DNA of 46,110 nucleotides, taken from positions 186,001-232,110 of the forward strand of contig JAPEUD010000036.1 of NCBI GenBank assembly GCA_026026165.1, given 5' to 3'. The position numbers and the translations under genes were made by a program. This DNA is from Sarea resinae (Eukaryota). The notes under the pieces are model-generated. The model did not search any database and was not told the DNA's origin. It saw only the letters and a list, made by a program, of their open reading frames with translations. Below, piece by piece: positions 43,601 to 46,110 of this stretch (the stretch's first letter is position 1; the number at the start of each line of letters is the position of its first letter).

Positions 43601-44449
43601 CCTGAGGAGGCCATCGGGACTGCCGTAGGCGGCTACTCGGAGATTTCGAATCTTCGACAACGATCAGAATCTGCTCGACCTTCTCCGGATATCTTACAGC
43701 AACGCTTCAACAGTCGCAACCCCGAGCGTTCGCACTCCGACTCGTCCCCCCGACTCAGGAGCGATAGCCAATCTCGACTCCCTGGATACTTGGACAGTTC
43801 AGCTTTACGCCCAATCCAGACGAACACCAGTTTATCTTCTGCGCCATCTCCTCGCCCTTCGCCATCTACCCCTTTTTCCGCAAACTCCACTCCACCATTG
43901 GTTGATTCTCCTGCAATTTCATCGGCAGCAGCAGCTGCTACAACGGTCCCGCAGGCATTCCAAAACGGGATCCGTATCCCCAATCACCGGAAGAAATCCA
44001 TTCACAAATCAGACATCTCGGACCCTATTTTCCTCTCCTCCACCTCAAATGTCGACACAGTCAGTCTCCCTCCGACCGCTCGTAGCAAGAGTAGTGGCAG
44101 TCCTCCGCCTGTTCCTCCAATAAACCCACGGCGAAGACGGCCCGGGGCCACTCAGACACTGTTCAATGCGTTTGGTCGAGGTGACAAACCCGAGAGTTCC
44201 ATCACCCCGGGCGCATCATCGAGTCCTCCAAAGTCCTTGCACGAACGCAGCTTCTCACCCACGAACGACGGCGGCGACCGAGCTTCAAAGTTTCGACCAA
44301 AGCTGCGCAAGGCCACGAGTGACGGTGGTGAGATGAACGCAAGGGCTCGACAGCAAGCCATGATGGCGCCGTCACCGGCTATGCCCCAATTTCCGCCGGG
44401 TTTCGATCGACCACAGGAGCAGCTTTCTCATGATGGCTCGATGTTCTGA
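40694..44449 (+). CDS. Large fungal Ser/Pro-rich protein (~1250 aa) with motif-like N-terminal block and partial CRIB-like motif; probable 5'UTR intron 40600-40662
   Basis: Intact 3.7-kb ORF starting MNRFRK. Blocks LPSTDDFRTSLLMPKLSARFSMLREQDDP and RKKSIHKSDISDPIF. GTACGT..ACTGAT..TAG intron upstream of the ATG. Confidence 0.85.
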   Translation: MNRFRKNRKAKDLAETPMRLSNDTDSPRSPSSIVKPFKKGKKAAPEPEPKPVVDLSTALPSTDDFRTSLLMPKLSARFSMLREQDDPTSKLGKANDDSVLFPDKRQSRLANHGFLGGGLSDIDEVASIRSAVRPPFAYSRTESYGSGEGYGTDDDSSHNGSMMNRSRPGEGNVLFGGRQKVYKIPNKSGSAEGEARDSGKGMGRVLYGDDVSMSNFQKLREEEKRVQREKELEELEREDGLIDPTQERASSPLPSSYNKNRDTSSSTTSGPSNTRTSTAATSIASQGASSVNSPTTSVPISAEAGAPGLDRSLTKSRRLYEQGLDQHLHEQQSSAMSRLQTLQRQRTLNGGSPNISQARSASNLHDRFQRSSPQSGPSVSATTSPPPSAPLIGPGNFDLGFGDPKPARDSPSPSVQSPPLSPPVSEGEDTSALSSAIEPKDRGKATALGAFNKPQNKYDEKQYSQRQLQMQQGRESPSIRRWSPPRAASRTGAAGHGRFRNESNASTRSRSASGDTKRSDQDHGGYQRAAGHLPSGSSDRKDDKSLAETTGTFLAPMSGSESEAEPDEESQRSRIQPTPQAPAPTVKQSRSTPPPLQPESLHMASKAREPQRSVNETADDHEDQAKAASAPRKGSAVSSAKSAEIQADSPTLGPAAGLSGLIRQHLRNDSGQSSIYDAPSPDFSSNFSQDDSNSADKGMAAQFGYASGDPWDYDVDESYPDASDSSRLNGPVRKNSAAPPPLSVRTKKAPDQEPRTSDESSKGRSWEDELRGRHTRDPSTGTQQEREDFANELAQRRKMVQENLRTLAENESRSSSPASEMREPLRAGSALSGRLRPKSSRGSINPTKPENTSKAMRMLGLGGASGASPGSEEHRRKEEERSLRDIVKGPKVPSHPKPFQRGPQDILKDYEQRQRGSRETDRETVLPAGRSSPSIVSSKDSSRERSSSEVSSGRSKSRAGKNSYDVHHTPEEAIGTAVGGYSEISNLRQRSESARPSPDILQQRFNSRNPERSHSDSSPRLRSDSQSRLPGYLDSSALRPIQTNTSLSSAPSPRPSPSTPFSANSTPPLVDSPAISSAAAAATTVPQAFQNGIRIPNHRKKSIHKSDISDPIFLSSTSNVDTVSLPPTARSKSSGSPPPVPPINPRRRRPGATQTLFNAFGRGDKPESSITPGASSSPPKSLHERSFSPTNDGGDRASKFRPKLRKATSDGGEMNARARQQAMMAPSPAMPQFPPGFDRPQEQLSHDGSMF

Positions 44450-46110
44450 AGCCGCAATTAGCTTTGTGCAATCGAATTCTCCAATATGTTTCGCTCTTTT
44501 CTATCGTGGGCCGTTGATTTCTCTTCTACTTTTTCCATATATGCATCGAAAGATCAGGATAGGACTTGGGCGTTCTTTACCACGGGATACATTCAACGGC
44601 CTAATCGTTACGTTTCATACGAATAAAAAGTATCGGCGCCGTATCACAACACTTTACCATCGCATGGTCTCCCGACGCATTTCTCCTTCCTGTAACATAC
44701 TTGTTGTCTTCTTCGATTTCCTTCTTCTTCTCTTCAGTGTCTGCCCCAACTCCTCGACTCGGCGTAGCTGGTCTACTCATCCGTTCGCCCTCGGGACGTC
44801 CAAAGGGTGTCGAATCATGCGAGAGGGAGGAAAGCAGCGATATTCGCAGCGGGGGGTTGCTTCCAACGAGGCTCTCTCTCTCTAGCTCAGACAGAAATTT
44901 GATAAAAACAATCAAACATGACCACATCATGACCATCATTGACTACCTGACATCCGTAGTCCGCCCCCTCCCCTCCCCCCTCTTTTCTCTGAGAATCACG
45001 ATATCCGTCGGCCATCTCTCTCTCTCTCTCTCTGTGTCTGTGACTCTCCTGTCTCTTTTTGCCCCCCTCCCCCTCCCTCCTGGTGATCGCATGACATGAA
45101 TGATTCTAGACCCATGGCAGAAGATGGAACCGAACCGGACCGGAGCCTGGAAGGGAATTGATCCGTGTTTTAGGGCACACACCGCGGGCCCCTCGGCACT
45201 GTTCACTGCTAAGGTAGCCACTTGGGTAAAGGTCCTTACGGGAGGGAGGATAATGTGGGGATCGTGCTTTCTGTATGGTACTCTATGGGGAGAGAGGAGG
45301 AGGGGCTGCCCCGAGGGGGCCCCGAGGCGGCCGGTCGGACAAAATGGAAGTGAGGGTACGGGGTACGGGGTATGAAGTCACTGCCTAAGGTCAAGTAACT
45401 TCCAATAGAAATGTAAGGTAAGGTACAGAGCACGGACATCATGACGGACGGTACTACGTCAGGGCTCGTCAGGGCTCCGGGCTGGGCGGAGGACGGAGGC
45501 GTACCCGATGCGGACGGGCGGTGAGGCGACACTTGAAGGTATCCAAGGTACCCAAGGTACCTGAGGTACAGACGGGCATGGATTTCCGATCCTGTCAGCT
45601 GTCAGCAGTAAAGCTATGACTCTAACCCTCTTATCATTATTGCTCTGGCCAGCGTCCCTCGAGGATGCCTACCTACCTAAGTAAGGCTGAGGTGGTGAGG
45701 ACGGGCCTCTACATCATGCACTGCACGGCTTCGAATTGGAATGGAAGGCGAAGGGGAAGTACTACGTAGTTGATCCCATGGATTGATATGTTCTTCGACT
45801 ACTCCGACGGTGCTGCCTTTACCTACGAACGCGGAGTACTCGATGTCTCTGGGCGCTGGGCGTTTACGTAGTAGTAGTAGGCTGTACTTCGTCCCTAGGT
45901 AGGTAGGATCTATGGATTCGTAGCACGCGATTGATATGGGTAGATAGACAGACAGGAAAGAGAGGTCTATTGAGAAAGAAGTTCAAGAGGCTCCTCTCCA
46001 CGGCAGATCCGTGCATCGTCAGACTAGTAGGTAGGTAGGTGCGCTGTATGTTGGGCTTACGGCCTACCTCAGCTTGTACGACGTTGGTGGCGGAGAGCGG
46101 AGAGCGGAGA

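Noticed and set aside
1..46110. tRNA, rRNA or CRISPR arrays
   Set aside because: None recognised by eye; the sequence is eukaryotic with no regular repeat-spacer pattern. tRNAscan/Infernal were not run.

Overview
Gene-dense filamentous ascomycete (Pezizomycotina) genomic DNA with short GT-AG introns and CTRAY branch points. Left arm: SAM50, YIP1, and a UFD1-domain/Zn-finger/AZUL protein head-to-head with an F-box-like gene that appears to have two alternative C-termini. Right arm: a Fungal_TACC (Slk19/Alp7-like) coiled-coil gene, tetraspanin Tsp3, glucosidase II beta subunit and several fungal hypotheticals. Between them (~12.8-23.2 kb) lies a TpA-rich, RIP-like degenerate island, mostly invisible in the ORF track. 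It holds Ty3/gypsy RT and integrase fragments, two diverged relics of a serine-recombinase (resolvase)-like gene, a mutated histone H3-like fragment, a possible HMG-box relic and an HNH-family relic. An intact HxE...CxxC (SsdA/DYW-like) zinc deaminase gene sits at the island's left edge. All family calls come from manual translation and motif recognition; no database searches were run.
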